From: Gammaproteobacteria bacterium
Lineage (GTDB): Bacteria > Pseudomonadota > Gammaproteobacteria > JAJDYQ01
NCBI GenBank assembly: GCA_028289815.1
Contig: JAPYNQ010000020.1
Coordinates: 263-64,262, forward strand
DNA length: 64,000 bases
Reading direction: 5' to 3'
The notes under the pieces are model-generated. The model saw nothing but the letters and a program-made list of their open reading frames with translations. It was not told the DNA's origin and searched no databases. The position numbers and the translations under genes were made by a program. Positions 1 through 17,551 of the stretch are shown here, piece after piece; position 1 is the first letter of the stretch; each line of letters opens with the position of its first letter.

Positions 1-770
1 CTACCGATAACAGCGTCTTTTGGATATGGAGGAGCACCGAGAACATTCTGCCTGCCTCATGTACCAGGCAGGCCAAACTACAGGAAAACATGAGCACTCA
101 AGCAATATGCCAGATACCAGAAGTCCGCGATGGGGACAGATACCCGGCGAATGGGCAAAGATAGATACACATAAGTTTGTATATCCGCAAAGGTATCTCG
201 TGCAAGGAGTTTGAGATCACTTGCCTGGTTGTAGGTACAGCCTCTCTGCGAGTTGACAACCGGGTTACTCGTTTAATGCCAAAAATTTTCTGATTTGCCT
301 TACTGAATCACTGCTGTTTGGACCTCATTTCTATTCGGGCTGATGAAGTCAGCGAACTCCGGGATGAGTTAAAACCGCTTATCAGGTTTTGGACATACTA
401 CCGTATGTATGCCAGCCAAAAGATCTGAATTCAGTGGCTGTGTAGAATGCGCTAATGTTTACCAGCCAATATGAGTTTTGCTCTATCGTGGGCCGGACGG
501 CGAAGGAATCAGCAAAAGATTGGTATGATACTGGCGTTACATAATTACTATTGACTCCACATTGGCCTTCAGATTCCGATGAGTTATTATTAGAAGCTCG
601 TCCAGATTGCCTGACTTTGTCTGATAGGCATTGAACGCGGGCAGGCTGGATATTATAGTTTGGACAGTTTGGTTAAGCCGTCATAATGTCCGACTGTTCT
701 GTGTGCGCAACAACAAAAGCACTTGTCAGATCGGTTCCTGAATTTCCGCAGTTTCTACTGGATTAGGCCT

Positions 771-6681
<5,911 letters not shown>

Positions 6682-6797
6682 CAGTGTGAATCATGTTGTG
6701 CACGACTGAAAGACAAAGTTTATTGGCGAACTGACAGAAATAGAGACCACCCAGATATAGGCGGAGATTTTCTCATGCCAGATCCGGGTAATTGACA

Positions 6798-7865
6798 ATG
6801 GCCGAACTGCAAAATGACCGTCTCCTTCGCGCCCTGCTGTGTGAAGCCGTTGATAAAACACCGATCTGGATTATGCGTCAGGCAGGGCGTTATCTGCCCG
6901 AATACCGTGCCACGCGCAAAAGGGCCGGCAGCTTTCTGGAGCTTTGTAAAAATCCGGAATTGGCTTGCGAAGTGACTCTGCAGCCACTGGAGCGTTTCGA
7001 TCTGGATGCCGCGATATTGTTTTCCGATATTCTGACTATTCCCGATGCTATGGGGCTGGGGCTTTATTTTGCCGAAGGCGAAGGGCCAGTTTTTGCACAT
7101 CCGTTGCGAACCAAAGCCGACATTGAAAAAATCGGTATTCCCGACCCGGAACGAGAACTGGCTTACGTTATGGAAGCCATTCGCATGGTTGGCGCTGCAT
7201 TAAATGGTCGTGTGCCGTTAATAGGCTTTGCCGGCAGCCCATGGACGCTCGCGTCCTACATGATAGAGGGTCGGGGTTCTAAGATTTTTGCCAAGGTCAA
7301 GGGCATGCTTTACAGCGAACCGTTACTGCTGCATCGGCTGCTGGACAAAATAACGCGCTCGGTTACATCTTATCTCAACGCGCAGATTGCCGCTGGCGCA
7401 CAGGCGGTACAGATTTTTGATACCTGGGGGGGTATGCTGGCCGAACCTCAATACAAAGAGTTTTCTCTGCAATACATGCGGCAAATAGTCGAAAACCTGA
7501 CTCGCAAATGTAGAGGCCGCAGGGTTCCTGTTATTTTGTTTACTAAAGGCAGCAGTCTGTGGCTGGAGTCTATGGCTGATACCGGTTGCGATGCTGTGGG
7601 ACTGGACTGGACCTTACCCATTGGCAAAGCCCGTGCCCGGATTGGTGACAGAGTTGCTTTGCAGGGAAACCTTGATCCCTCTGCCCTGTACGCAGATGCG
7701 GATGATATTCGCAAAGTTGCCAAAGACATCATTGAAGATTTTGGCCGGGGCAGCGGACATGTTTTTAATCTTGGTCACGGTATCACACCGGATATTGATC
7801 CGGAAAACGTCAAAGCTCTGGTGGATACCGTACACGAACATAGTGTCTGGTTTCACAAGAGCTGA
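6798..7865 (+). CDS. hemE: Uroporphyrinogen decarboxylase
   Basis: [16 protein letters not shown] signature, [16 protein letters not shown]. Confidence 0.97.
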   Translation: MAELQNDRLLRALLCEAVDKTPIWIMRQAGRYLPEYRATRKRAGSFLELCKNPELACEVTLQPLERFDLDAAILFSDILTIPDAMGLGLYFAEGEGPVFAHPLRTKADIEKIGIPDPERELAYVMEAIRMVGAALNGRVPLIGFAGSPWTLASYMIEGRGSKIFAKVKGMLYSEPLLLHRLLDKITRSVTSYLNAQIAAGAQAVQIFDTWGGMLAEPQYKEFSLQYMRQIVENLTRKCRGRRVPVILFTKGSSLWLESMADTGCDAVGLDWTLPIGKARARIGDRVALQGNLDPSALYADADDIRKVAKDIIEDFGRGSGHVFNLGHGITPDIDPENVKALVDTVHEHSVWFHKS

Positions 7866-7937
7866 TACTGGCTCGGAGTTTGTCAGGAGATCGGTCATTG
7901 CCTAACCTGATTATGGTTGCGGACTTTGGGGCAACGG

Positions 7938-8981
<1,044 letters not shown>

Positions 8982-9338
8982 TTATACCACAAACGCAGTA
9001 TAATGTCGGGATGCAGCCTCGGATAATTATTACGCTACTGAGATTAAGTCCATACCGGAACCTGCCCCGAGTGCATTTGTTTCGTTGGATGGCATCTCTA
9101 CATAGAGTATTTATGAAATGGATATGTACAAAGCCTGTCCTAGATCAAGGATAGGTGATAAGACTAAAATCCGAATAGAATGATCAAAGCTATGGTTATT
9201 TGCAACGGCTGGTATGCTGGCAAGGTGAGTGACCTTGATATGTTAGCCCTGTATCCGGTGCGCGTTGTGGTTCACTTTGGCGATGATGCTCTGTGGTACT
9301 TTTTACTAAATCATCTACCTTACTAAGGAGACTTCTCT

Positions 9339-10304
9339 ATGCATGCGATGTTCCCTCTGCTCCGGGAAACCGACTTCCCGGCTATTACAAGGCGCAGACT
9401 AACGACTCTGCAAGCCAATCTCGGATATAAATGCAACCAAAGCTGCCTGCACTGCCATGTCAATGCTGGCCCAAAGCGTACGGAAATTATGCAGCGCCAG
9501 ACCATTGAAGATCTGTTGCGGTTATTACAGCACTCGACTGCTAATATCCTGGACTTGACAGGTGGAGCGCCGGAACTTAACCCGGATTTCCGCTATCTGG
9601 TCAGAGAAGCCCGTAAGCTTGGGGCGCATGTAATTGATCGTTGTAATCTTAGCATTTTGTCAGAACCGGGGCAGGAAAAGCTGGCGGAATTCTTAGCGGA
9701 GCACCAGGTTGAGGTGGTGGCCTCCATGCCCTGTTATCTGGAGGAAAATGTCGATGCCCAGAGGGGCGATGGTGTCTTCGAAAAAAGCATTCAAGGTCTC
9801 CGGCAGTTAAATGCCTTGGGCTACGGCAAGGAAGCGACGGGACTGACCCTGAATTTGGTATATAACCCCCAGGGGGCGTCATTGCCTCCGCCACAAGCGG
9901 CACTTGAGCAGGATTATAAAAAGAATCTCTTTGAAAAGTATCATATTGAATTCAGCCGCCTGCTGACCATAACCAACATGCCGATAAACCGTTTTGGCAG
10001 TACTCTGGTTTCCAAGGGACAGTTCGACGAATACATGTACCTGCTAAAAAGCAGTTATTCTGAAAAAAACCTGCAAAATGTAATGTGTCGAGATTTAATC
10101 AGTATCGACTGGCAAGGCTACGTATATGACTGCGATTTTAACCAAATGTTGAGATTGTCCGCTGTTATTCACTCCAAGCCGCGTACACATATCCGTGACT
10201 TGGTTGATGTCCATATTGATGGACAGCCCATAATGATTGCGGACCACTGTTATGGTTGTACAGCCGGACAAGGGTCTTCCTGTGGCGGGGCACTGGAAAA
10301 TTAA
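9339..10304 (+). CDS. arsS: ArsS-like radical SAM / Cys-rich (DUF3641) protein
   Basis: CNQSCLHC radical SAM motif, LDLTGGAPELNP, MCRDLISIDWQGYVYDCDFNQML and C-terminal HCYGCTAGQGSSCGG. Confidence 0.8.
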   Translation: MHAMFPLLRETDFPAITRRRLTTLQANLGYKCNQSCLHCHVNAGPKRTEIMQRQTIEDLLRLLQHSTANILDLTGGAPELNPDFRYLVREARKLGAHVIDRCNLSILSEPGQEKLAEFLAEHQVEVVASMPCYLEENVDAQRGDGVFEKSIQGLRQLNALGYGKEATGLTLNLVYNPQGASLPPPQAALEQDYKKNLFEKYHIEFSRLLTITNMPINRFGSTLVSKGQFDEYMYLLKSSYSEKNLQNVMCRDLISIDWQGYVYDCDFNQMLRLSAVIHSKPRTHIRDLVDVHIDGQPIMIADHCYGCTAGQGSSCGGALEN

Positions 10305-10381
10305 ATTTTATAGCCGGATCAACGAGCAGATACCTCGCTTTCGACGTATCCGATTGGATGCTTTACTTTCGTAGTCTTCTG

Positions 10382-10548
10382 AGGGAACCTTGAAAAATTG
10401 TAGCGAGTGATACAGATCAAAGCGTGTTCCTTCAATGGGCCTGAAGTGAGGAGCCGACAGGTTCACCCGGCGTAATGCTGATATATGACGATTCCGGGCA
10501 TGCGAGATACCACTTCGGTCTTATTAAGCAGATTTTCAAAGGTTCCCT
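10382..10548. mobile_element. MITE-like element (~167 bp) with terminal inverted repeats
   Basis: Left end AGGGAACCTTGAAAAAT (10382) vs right end ATTTTCAAAGGTTCCCT (10532-10548), near-perfect inverted repeat with a 1-nt indel; no internal ORF. Confidence 0.7.
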
Positions 10549-12362
10549 CCAGTCGTTGCTCCGGTCTTGTGTAACATCACCGGATTATCATTAAAGTTGA
10601 GTGGGCATTCTTGCGGACATTCCTTGTCGCAGGTATCGTTATCCAGAATATTCTTCCAGCAATAACTTAAGGCTTTAGTGCGGGTACGAAACTGTGTTTT
10701 ATTGCCTAGTAGCTCTGTCAGGTGCATACGATCAAACATGCTGACCAGAGGCGCCTTGGCGCGGGCAAATACCAGTTCGATTCCCATTTTGTCCAGGCGT
10801 GTAACCAGATCATGCAGCATTTCCTCACCCGTGGTATCAATCTCGTTAATACCCTCGGCATCAATTAGCAGATATTTAAGATCAGGTTTAACTGCTAATC
10901 TCTCCAGCACTTTGTCCTCAAAATAGCCGGCATTTGCAAAGTACAGCGGGCCGTCGAAACGCAGCACCGTAATATGATCGCAGGTGTTCAGGATATGTGC
11001 CTCGGCATCGCGCAGGGTGTCGTCACTGTGTCTGGAAAGGATCGCCATATGAGGGCGCTTGCTACGCCAGACATACAGCCCCAGCGAAAGCATGACGCCA
11101 ATCAACATACCCTTGTCGAGGTGCGGTGCCATGATGATGGTGAGGATAAATGTCACCACTGAGACGATAGCATCATGCGGCTGTACATCCCATTCATGCT
11201 TAATGGGCTTAATTCGGATCAGTCTTATCACAGCCATGATAATAATCGCTGCCAGGGTGGCCTGTGGTAGGTGGTACAACAGAGGTGTAAAAAACAATAG
11301 TGCAATACCGACTGCCAGCCCTGTTATGACGGCAGAGAACCCGGTTATCGCGCCGCTGTTGATATTGACTGCCGAGCGCGAAAATGAGCCAGATACAGGA
11401 TAACCTTGAGAAAACGACGACACAATATTGGATATCCCTTGACCAAATAACTCTTGATTGGCATCCAGCCGTTGCCGGGTTTGCGTTGCCATGGCTTTGG
11501 CAATGGATATTGCTTCCATAAAACCGACCAGTGAAATAACGAGTGCGGCGCTGACAAGCTGTGATGCTGTCGTCCAGTCAATAACCGGTGTTGACAGGTT
11601 CGGTAGACCCATCGGAATTGAGCCGACGATGGCACCGCCGCTTGCAGCATAGCCGGTCACATAGGCCACTAGTGTGGTAAACACCACGGCAATCAGCACG
11701 CCAGGGATTTTCGGGAACTGCTTGCCGATATACCAGATGAGAATAAAGGCGATAAGTCCCATCGCTACAGTAGGCCAATGGGTGCTCTCGCTAATGGCGA
11801 GTAGCACTCTCCAGATAGTTTCATAATAATACTCCGCGCGCTCCACGCTGACTCCAAACAGTTTACCTAGCTGAGAGGTGGCAATAATCAAGGCGGCTGC
11901 GTTGGTAAAGCCCATCACAACCGGGTGTGAGAGAAAATCAACCAGCTCGCCGAGATGAAATATGCCGAGCAGTAACTGAAAAACGCCGACCATAAGTGCC
12001 AGCAGGACAGCATAAGCGATGTATGTTTCAGGATTTGTCGCCAGGGGTTCCAGAGCTGCTGCGGTCAACAGCGATACCACGGCAACTGGTCCGGTCTGTA
12101 GCTGGCGGGATGAACCGAGCAGTGCCGAGACTATCGGTGGCAAAAAAGACGCATACAGGCCATAGTGAGGCGGCAGCCCTGCCAACTGAGCGTAAGCCAT
12201 GGATTGGGGAATCAGCACCATGGCAACCGTCATACCGGCGATAATATCTCTTTTCAGGATCTGGCTGTCTTCCAGTTCACCGATCCATTTCTTAAAAGGT
12301 ACGAGCATCGCCAGCAAGGCGAGCAGCGTTCGTTTCAGGGTGGTATGGAGAAAATTATTCAC
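10536..12362 (-). CDS. SulP (SLC26) family inorganic anion transporter with STAS domain
   Basis: LIPQSMAYAQLAGLPP..GLY, GSSRQLQTGP, SGSFSRSAVN, STAS motif LRFDGPLYFAN. Confidence 0.93.
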   Translation of the reverse strand: MNNFLHTTLKRTLLALLAMLVPFKKWIGELEDSQILKRDIIAGMTVAMVLIPQSMAYAQLAGLPPHYGLYASFLPPIVSALLGSSRQLQTGPVAVVSLLTAAALEPLATNPETYIAYAVLLALMVGVFQLLLGIFHLGELVDFLSHPVVMGFTNAAALIIATSQLGKLFGVSVERAEYYYETIWRVLLAISESTHWPTVAMGLIAFILIWYIGKQFPKIPGVLIAVVFTTLVAYVTGYAASGGAIVGSIPMGLPNLSTPVIDWTTASQLVSAALVISLVGFMEAISIAKAMATQTRQRLDANQELFGQGISNIVSSFSQGYPVSGSFSRSAVNINSGAITGFSAVITGLAVGIALLFFTPLLYHLPQATLAAIIIMAVIRLIRIKPIKHEWDVQPHDAIVSVVTFILTIIMAPHLDKGMLIGVMLSLGLYVWRSKRPHMAILSRHSDDTLRDAEAHILNTCDHITVLRFDGPLYFANAGYFEDKVLERLAVKPDLKYLLIDAEGINEIDTTGEEMLHDLVTRLDKMGIELVFARAKAPLVSMFDRMHLTELLGNKTQFRTRTKALSYCWKNILDNDTCDKECPQECPLNFNDNPVMLHKTGATTGGNL

Positions 12363-13019
12363 TTCTTATTTGTCTGGTTTATGCAGACTGTACTTTAGCT
12401 TCTTTCTGCAAAGTCTTTAGTTACCAAGCATATAGAGTCTGTCCAATTCGTCAAATCAGACTGGCCTGTGGTCAGTAGTTTTCAATAAGGGTTGTAGCCG
12501 ACTCCTGTAAACCAGACACAGTAGCTGTTGGCTTTATCCTCCAGTGATCAAACATACTATCCCGATTGTGATATATCTGCGCCGCTTTTCAGACAGTATG
12601 GATGGCACCGATAATATCAAACAGATTGCTGGAAACAAGCAAGGTCACTTCTTTTCGAGGGGACAGTTTTTCCATTGGTACATCGTCAGGAACGGGCTTG
12701 AATGTCTTCAAGTGATCAACGCTGACCACCGATACAATTGATTGCGCAAGCTCCGACTGTCCCAACAGATGTTGATCTGCTTATCCACTGTCACTCGAAA
12801 AAAAGCATACAGTCCATTCCAAAGGCGCGGTGTCAGCGGGGTGATACTGATATTCAATGTGGGCAGCCTGGTGCGCCAAGGCCGTTATCGCTTTCTTGTT
12901 CACCTTGCTTATCTTCTCTAAAAGGTTGATGATAAGCAGTTAAACAATGTTATTTACAGTCTCGCAAAAAACGGTATTGTCAGTCCATACCCTCCCAAAA
13001 ACCACCAACAGTTTTTATC

Positions 13020-14810
13020 ATGAAGAACCCGACTGATATGAAAGAAACCAGCATTTCATTGCGCCCGGTCAAAGCCCTCTTGACTGATGACACTGGTGAA
13101 CCGGCTCGTTACTGGATACCCGCATACCAACGGGGCTACCGCTGGACTCCGCTGCAAGTCACTCAGCTACTTGATGATATTCGTGACTTCATACGACGAT
13201 CCAATCTTCAGCCAGAACACTACTATTGCTTGCAACCGCTTGTTATTAAAGTGATGTCAGACGGACGATTTGAGGTGGTTGATGGACAGCAACGACTAAC
13301 GACATTGTTTCTAATACTGCGCCATTTCAATGAGCGACTAGCCGAACCATACCGCTCGAAACTGTACTCGCTAGACTATGAAACACGTCCAAGTTTAGAT
13401 GAGTTCCTGGAGGATCCTAGCGAGGATGCGTCCAGTGAAAATATTGACTTCTTCCATCTGTACCGTGCGATCCAGGCTATTGAGCAGTGGTTTGCAAAAC
13501 ATGAGAGTGAAGTTGAAGACATAAAGTCTGCGCTTCTTAACAAGACCAAGGTCATTTGGTTTACTCTTTCTGATAGCGATAATCCTGTGGATGCCTTCAC
13601 ACGTCTTAATATGGGCAAGATCCCTCTCACCAACGACGAGCTGATTCGTGCTCTGTTTCTGCGCCTTGCAGCAGACGAAGATAATGGACATGGACTTGCG
13701 CTGCGCATAGCCCATGAGTGGGACCAGTTGGAAAAAGCGTTGCAACAGGATGCCTTCTGGTATTTCCTGAGCAATGACCGGGCGCTAGGACACAATCGGA
13801 TCGGGCTGATCTTTGAATTAGTCGCCTCAAATGAACTGACCGGCCAATTGAAACAGGATGACTATGGAACTTTCCATGTTTTTAGTGAACGTCTCAAAAG
13901 CCAATCAGCGGAGCAAGGATGGCAAGGATGGCTTGAGGTCAAACAGACCTTCATGGCACTGGAAGAGTGGTATGAGGACCGTGAGCTGTTCCATGTGGTG
14001 GGTTTCCTGATTCATCAGGGTGTGGCAATCAATGGTTTGCTGGAGTCAGCTCGGAAGCGTCGAAAAGGTGATCTGGCCCGGGAATTGCTTTGCCAGGCCT
14101 TTAAGGAAGCCATAGGAGGTGATCTGCGTAAACTTGACGAACAGGAATTGCGGGAGACCATTCGAGACCGCTGTGAGAGCATCAGCTATGTCAAGCAACG
14201 CGAGGCTATCCGCACAATTTTATTACTGTTCAACCTTGCCACTCTACTGGAAAATCAACGCTCCAATATGCGATTCCAGTTCGATAGCTTCAAGGGCGAG
14301 AAGTGGGACATTGAGCATGTTCGTTCTATTGAGAGGCACCGCCCGGTACGTCATAACGAACGCAAGGCCTGGTTCGAAGGTTGCCGGGGCTACATACCTT
14401 CGCGCGAGGATAATCAGGAACTGGTAACGAGTATCGATGGCTTTCTGGAACTTGCACAGGGGGAAGAAGCCGGTACCGAGTTCGATTCACTCTATGATCG
14501 TGTGTTGGCCTGTTTCAGGGAAGGTGATGAAGGCGGTGAGGACGGTCTTTCTAACCTGACCTTGCTCGACCGGAGCACAAACCGCAGCTATAAAAATGCC
14601 GTGTTCGCAGTCAAGCGACAGCGTTTGCTGGAACTCGATAAATCAGGCACCTTCGTACCCCTTTGTACCCGCAATGTTTTCCTGAAGTGCTACAGTGTTC
14701 AAGTGAAAGACATCATATTCTGGAGTATGCAGGATGCAGAGGAATACGAGGAAGCGATCATCAAGACCCTGAGTCGCTTCTTTTTGCAAAGTGGAGGGAT
14801 GGAAGCGTGA
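13020..14810 (+). CDS. GmrSD-like DUF262 + DUF1524 (HNH) modification-dependent nuclease
   Basis: IPAYQRGYRW, VDGQQRLTT, FTRLNMGKIPLT (DUF262); WDIEHVRS ... NLTLLDRSTNRSYKN (His-Me finger). Confidence 0.88.
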   Translation: MKNPTDMKETSISLRPVKALLTDDTGEPARYWIPAYQRGYRWTPLQVTQLLDDIRDFIRRSNLQPEHYYCLQPLVIKVMSDGRFEVVDGQQRLTTLFLILRHFNERLAEPYRSKLYSLDYETRPSLDEFLEDPSEDASSENIDFFHLYRAIQAIEQWFAKHESEVEDIKSALLNKTKVIWFTLSDSDNPVDAFTRLNMGKIPLTNDELIRALFLRLAADEDNGHGLALRIAHEWDQLEKALQQDAFWYFLSNDRALGHNRIGLIFELVASNELTGQLKQDDYGTFHVFSERLKSQSAEQGWQGWLEVKQTFMALEEWYEDRELFHVVGFLIHQGVAINGLLESARKRRKGDLARELLCQAFKEAIGGDLRKLDEQELRETIRDRCESISYVKQREAIRTILLLFNLATLLENQRSNMRFQFDSFKGEKWDIEHVRSIERHRPVRHNERKAWFEGCRGYIPSREDNQELVTSIDGFLELAQGEEAGTEFDSLYDRVLACFREGDEGGEDGLSNLTLLDRSTNRSYKNAVFAVKRQRLLELDKSGTFVPLCTRNVFLKCYSVQVKDIIFWSMQDAEEYEEAIIKTLSRFFLQSGGMEA

Positions 14811-17152
14811 GCAAAGATGGCACACAACTGATATTCAGCGAACTGCTTGCAGAGCATGGCCGCATCCAGGTGCCCTTGATTCAACGTGACTATGCGCAGG
14901 GTCGGAGTGATCAGGAGGAAGTTAGAGATAGGTTTCTCGATGCTTTGTATGAAGCACTGGCCCTTCCCGTAGATTCGGATGAGTTGCCACTCAATCTTGA
15001 TTTCATCTACGGCAGTGTGAAAGGCGCTAATCCGTCCAGCTTCCAGCCACTGGATGGTCAGCAACGCCTGACAACGCTTTTTCTTTTACATTGGTATCTG
15101 GCCTGGCTTGATGGATGCAGCGAGAGGTTTAGCGAGCTTTTTTGCGAGGATGGGAAAGTTTCAAGGTTTAGCTATCGGGTTCGTTCCAGCAGCGAGGAGT
15201 TTTTCGACAAGCTGGTGGGATTTTCACCCGAACAAAAACCAGGAGAGGTGGAACGCCTTGGTCCGCTCTTGCAGGATCAGCCGTGGTACTACCGTCACTG
15301 GAGACTGGACCCCACAGTCCAGTCGGTGCTGGTTATGCTCAATACCATACATGAGCGCTTTAAGGACACGCATGGACTCTATGCGCGACTGACTGATAAA
15401 AAGCAGCCCGCCATCACATTCCAGTTGTTGGACCTCGATGATTTCGGTCTTTCGGACGACCTTTACATCAAAATGAATGCACGCGGAAAACTACTGACGC
15501 CATTTGAAACCTTCAAGGCCCGCTATGAGCAGATGTTGCAAGATCATTTCCCGGATAAAACTCGTCTGCTAGACGGACAGTCGGTTTCAATTTCCGAATA
15601 CTTCGCGCGGTGCATGGATACCCGCTGGGCGGATTTTTTCTGGCCATTCCGTGATCAGTATACCCATGTTTTTGACGCAGCAGTGATGAATGTATTTCGA
15701 GTGGTCATTCTGATCACACGATCCACTGAAGAGTCATCATTCACAAAAGATGTGCGTGACCTTCGAGACTCACGTCAGAAAAACAGTTACCATTTCTTTC
15801 ATAAGCGCGGCTGGCTGGATGTTCCATTTGCAGAAACACTGATTACTTTGCTGGATGCCTGGAGCGGTGAGTCTGGTGACTTTACACAATTTCTCCCCGA
15901 TAAGCGTTGTTCCGATGAGAAGGATATTCTTGAAAAGATTTTGGAAGAACCAACCTCTCTTGACTATGACGATCTTCTCCAACTTGCGGCTTATGTACAG
16001 TTTCTCCGCGTACATAAAGGTGCTATCAACCCAACGACATTTCAAGAATGGATGCGGGTGGTGTTCAACCTGTCGGTGAACACGGAATATAATCGGACAG
16101 AGGACTTTCAGCGCAGCCTATCATCCATTACTGAGCTTAAGCCACAAATGGCAACCATATTAGATCATTTGGCTGACCCCGAAACCGCTATCAGATCTTT
16201 CTTTCAACTGCAGGTCACAGAAGAAAAAATAAAGGCACAGCTTCTCTTGTCAGACGATAGCTGGAGACCACTAATTGATAGGGCAGAAGCGCATGGCTAC
16301 TTCCGGGGGCAGATTGGTTTTCTGCTGAAGTTCGCGGGGGTCGAAGCGGACACTGCCGACACCCTGAGGTTCCAGGCACCATTCACTGACTACCTCAACA
16401 AGGCCAGTGTGATGTTTAAAGACGGTGGCCTAGACAGCCTTCCAGACTTTAGATGGGAGCGTGCATTGCTATCGTACGGTAATTATATGTTGAGGAATAG
16501 TAATGGTCGGAATGAATCATTTTTAGTTAACACACGATCAGAGCCACACAGCTGGAAACGGCTACTGCGCGATTCATCATCAGGGTCGGAGCAGGGCAGG
16601 ATTCTTCAAAAACTGTGGAAGTCACTGTCTGGAACGTCATACATTAGTGAGCAGTTGGACAATATTATTACCAACGCATCCGGGCTGGAACCGTGGCGCA
16701 CTGCCTTGATTAAAACTCCCGCCGCTATAGAATACTGTTGGGGAAAAATGATTCGTCGTACAGAAGACCGAGTCTATTTGCTTAGAAAAACTCAAACCAA
16801 TGGTGCCCATGCAGAGCTATTTAGCTACTGCTTTTACAGGGATGTAATTAAGAAAAAGCAGTTTCATGTTTTATACTCGAAGTACTGGGAAAGCAAAACC
16901 GAAAACATATTACCTAGTATCGAGCTCGACTTCATGAAGCAGCAGCAAATATTCTGGGTAGATTACTATGGTGCCGATAAATATCGGCTTTATACACCTG
17001 AGGAAAATCCTCCCGGCATCTTATCGTCATTATTGCAGGAATCTGGCTTTGAAAAATCAGGAAAATTTTTTCAAAAGATCTGTTCAATAGAATTTATTGA
17101 GAACAACATTATCGAGCTGGACCAAAAACTGACAGGCTTGGATGAAGCATGA
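14807..17152 (+). CDS. DUF262-domain protein (no recognisable HNH), partner of upstream gene
   Basis: VPLIQRDYAQGR, LDGQQRLTTL, YIKMNARGKLLTPFETFKA; GTG start overlaps upstream TGA (GTGA) after GGAGGG. Confidence 0.85.
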   Translation: MSKDGTQLIFSELLAEHGRIQVPLIQRDYAQGRSDQEEVRDRFLDALYEALALPVDSDELPLNLDFIYGSVKGANPSSFQPLDGQQRLTTLFLLHWYLAWLDGCSERFSELFCEDGKVSRFSYRVRSSSEEFFDKLVGFSPEQKPGEVERLGPLLQDQPWYYRHWRLDPTVQSVLVMLNTIHERFKDTHGLYARLTDKKQPAITFQLLDLDDFGLSDDLYIKMNARGKLLTPFETFKARYEQMLQDHFPDKTRLLDGQSVSISEYFARCMDTRWADFFWPFRDQYTHVFDAAVMNVFRVVILITRSTEESSFTKDVRDLRDSRQKNSYHFFHKRGWLDVPFAETLITLLDAWSGESGDFTQFLPDKRCSDEKDILEKILEEPTSLDYDDLLQLAAYVQFLRVHKGAINPTTFQEWMRVVFNLSVNTEYNRTEDFQRSLSSITELKPQMATILDHLADPETAIRSFFQLQVTEEKIKAQLLLSDDSWRPLIDRAEAHGYFRGQIGFLLKFAGVEADTADTLRFQAPFTDYLNKASVMFKDGGLDSLPDFRWERALLSYGNYMLRNSNGRNESFLVNTRSEPHSWKRLLRDSSSGSEQGRILQKLWKSLSGTSYISEQLDNIITNASGLEPWRTALIKTPAAIEYCWGKMIRRTEDRVYLLRKTQTNGAHAELFSYCFYRDVIKKKQFHVLYSKYWESKTENILPSIELDFMKQQQIFWVDYYGADKYRLYTPEENPPGILSSLLQESGFEKSGKFFQKICSIEFIENNIIELDQKLTGLDEA

Positions 17153-17195
17153 AATGTGAAATTGATATTTATGGGGTCAGGTATACAATTACCTG

Positions 17196-17381
17196 AAAAA
17201 ACACCTCGATATCATAGTCAAAAACGATGATCTGACGTTTCAGATCAATGCCGAGAGAATCGCAGCCAAAATCTGCCTCAATGATTCCCTAACTCGTGTG
17301 TACAGACCTTGATATCTTCTCGGCGCTCATGAGGCCGTAGAAGCTCACAAATCACTATCGCACGTGGAGCGCACATTTTGG
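17196..17381 (+). mobile_element. IS1634-family transposase remnant
   Basis: Own translation KKHLDIIVKNDDLTFQINAERIAAKICLN...*..LGAHEAVEAHKSLSHVERTF resembles IS1634 C-terminal YKxLxxVERAF region; in-frame stop. Confidence 0.65.
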
Positions 17382-17551
17382 GTGGTTTGTGTCTGGCGAA
17401 CCCCGGCTTTACTACCGGCTGTTTCATATAGCGCAGATCATGTTATAGAAAGCTCTCTGGTTGACAGCGCCAGCAAAAATTCCGGCATCTAAACATGCTA
17501 CAATCACTATTGCAGCATCTCCTATCGAATTTATTGGATCAGCAGTTGCTT

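Noticed and set aside
20-214. 64-aa ORF with RWGQIPGEWAK, reminiscent of SRAP-family RWGLIP.WAK
   Set aside because: A single short motif with no other SRAP features; cannot be supported.
9339-10304. Selenoprotein version of the radical SAM protein
   Set aside because: No in-frame TGA; all positions are Cys and the gene ends in TAA.
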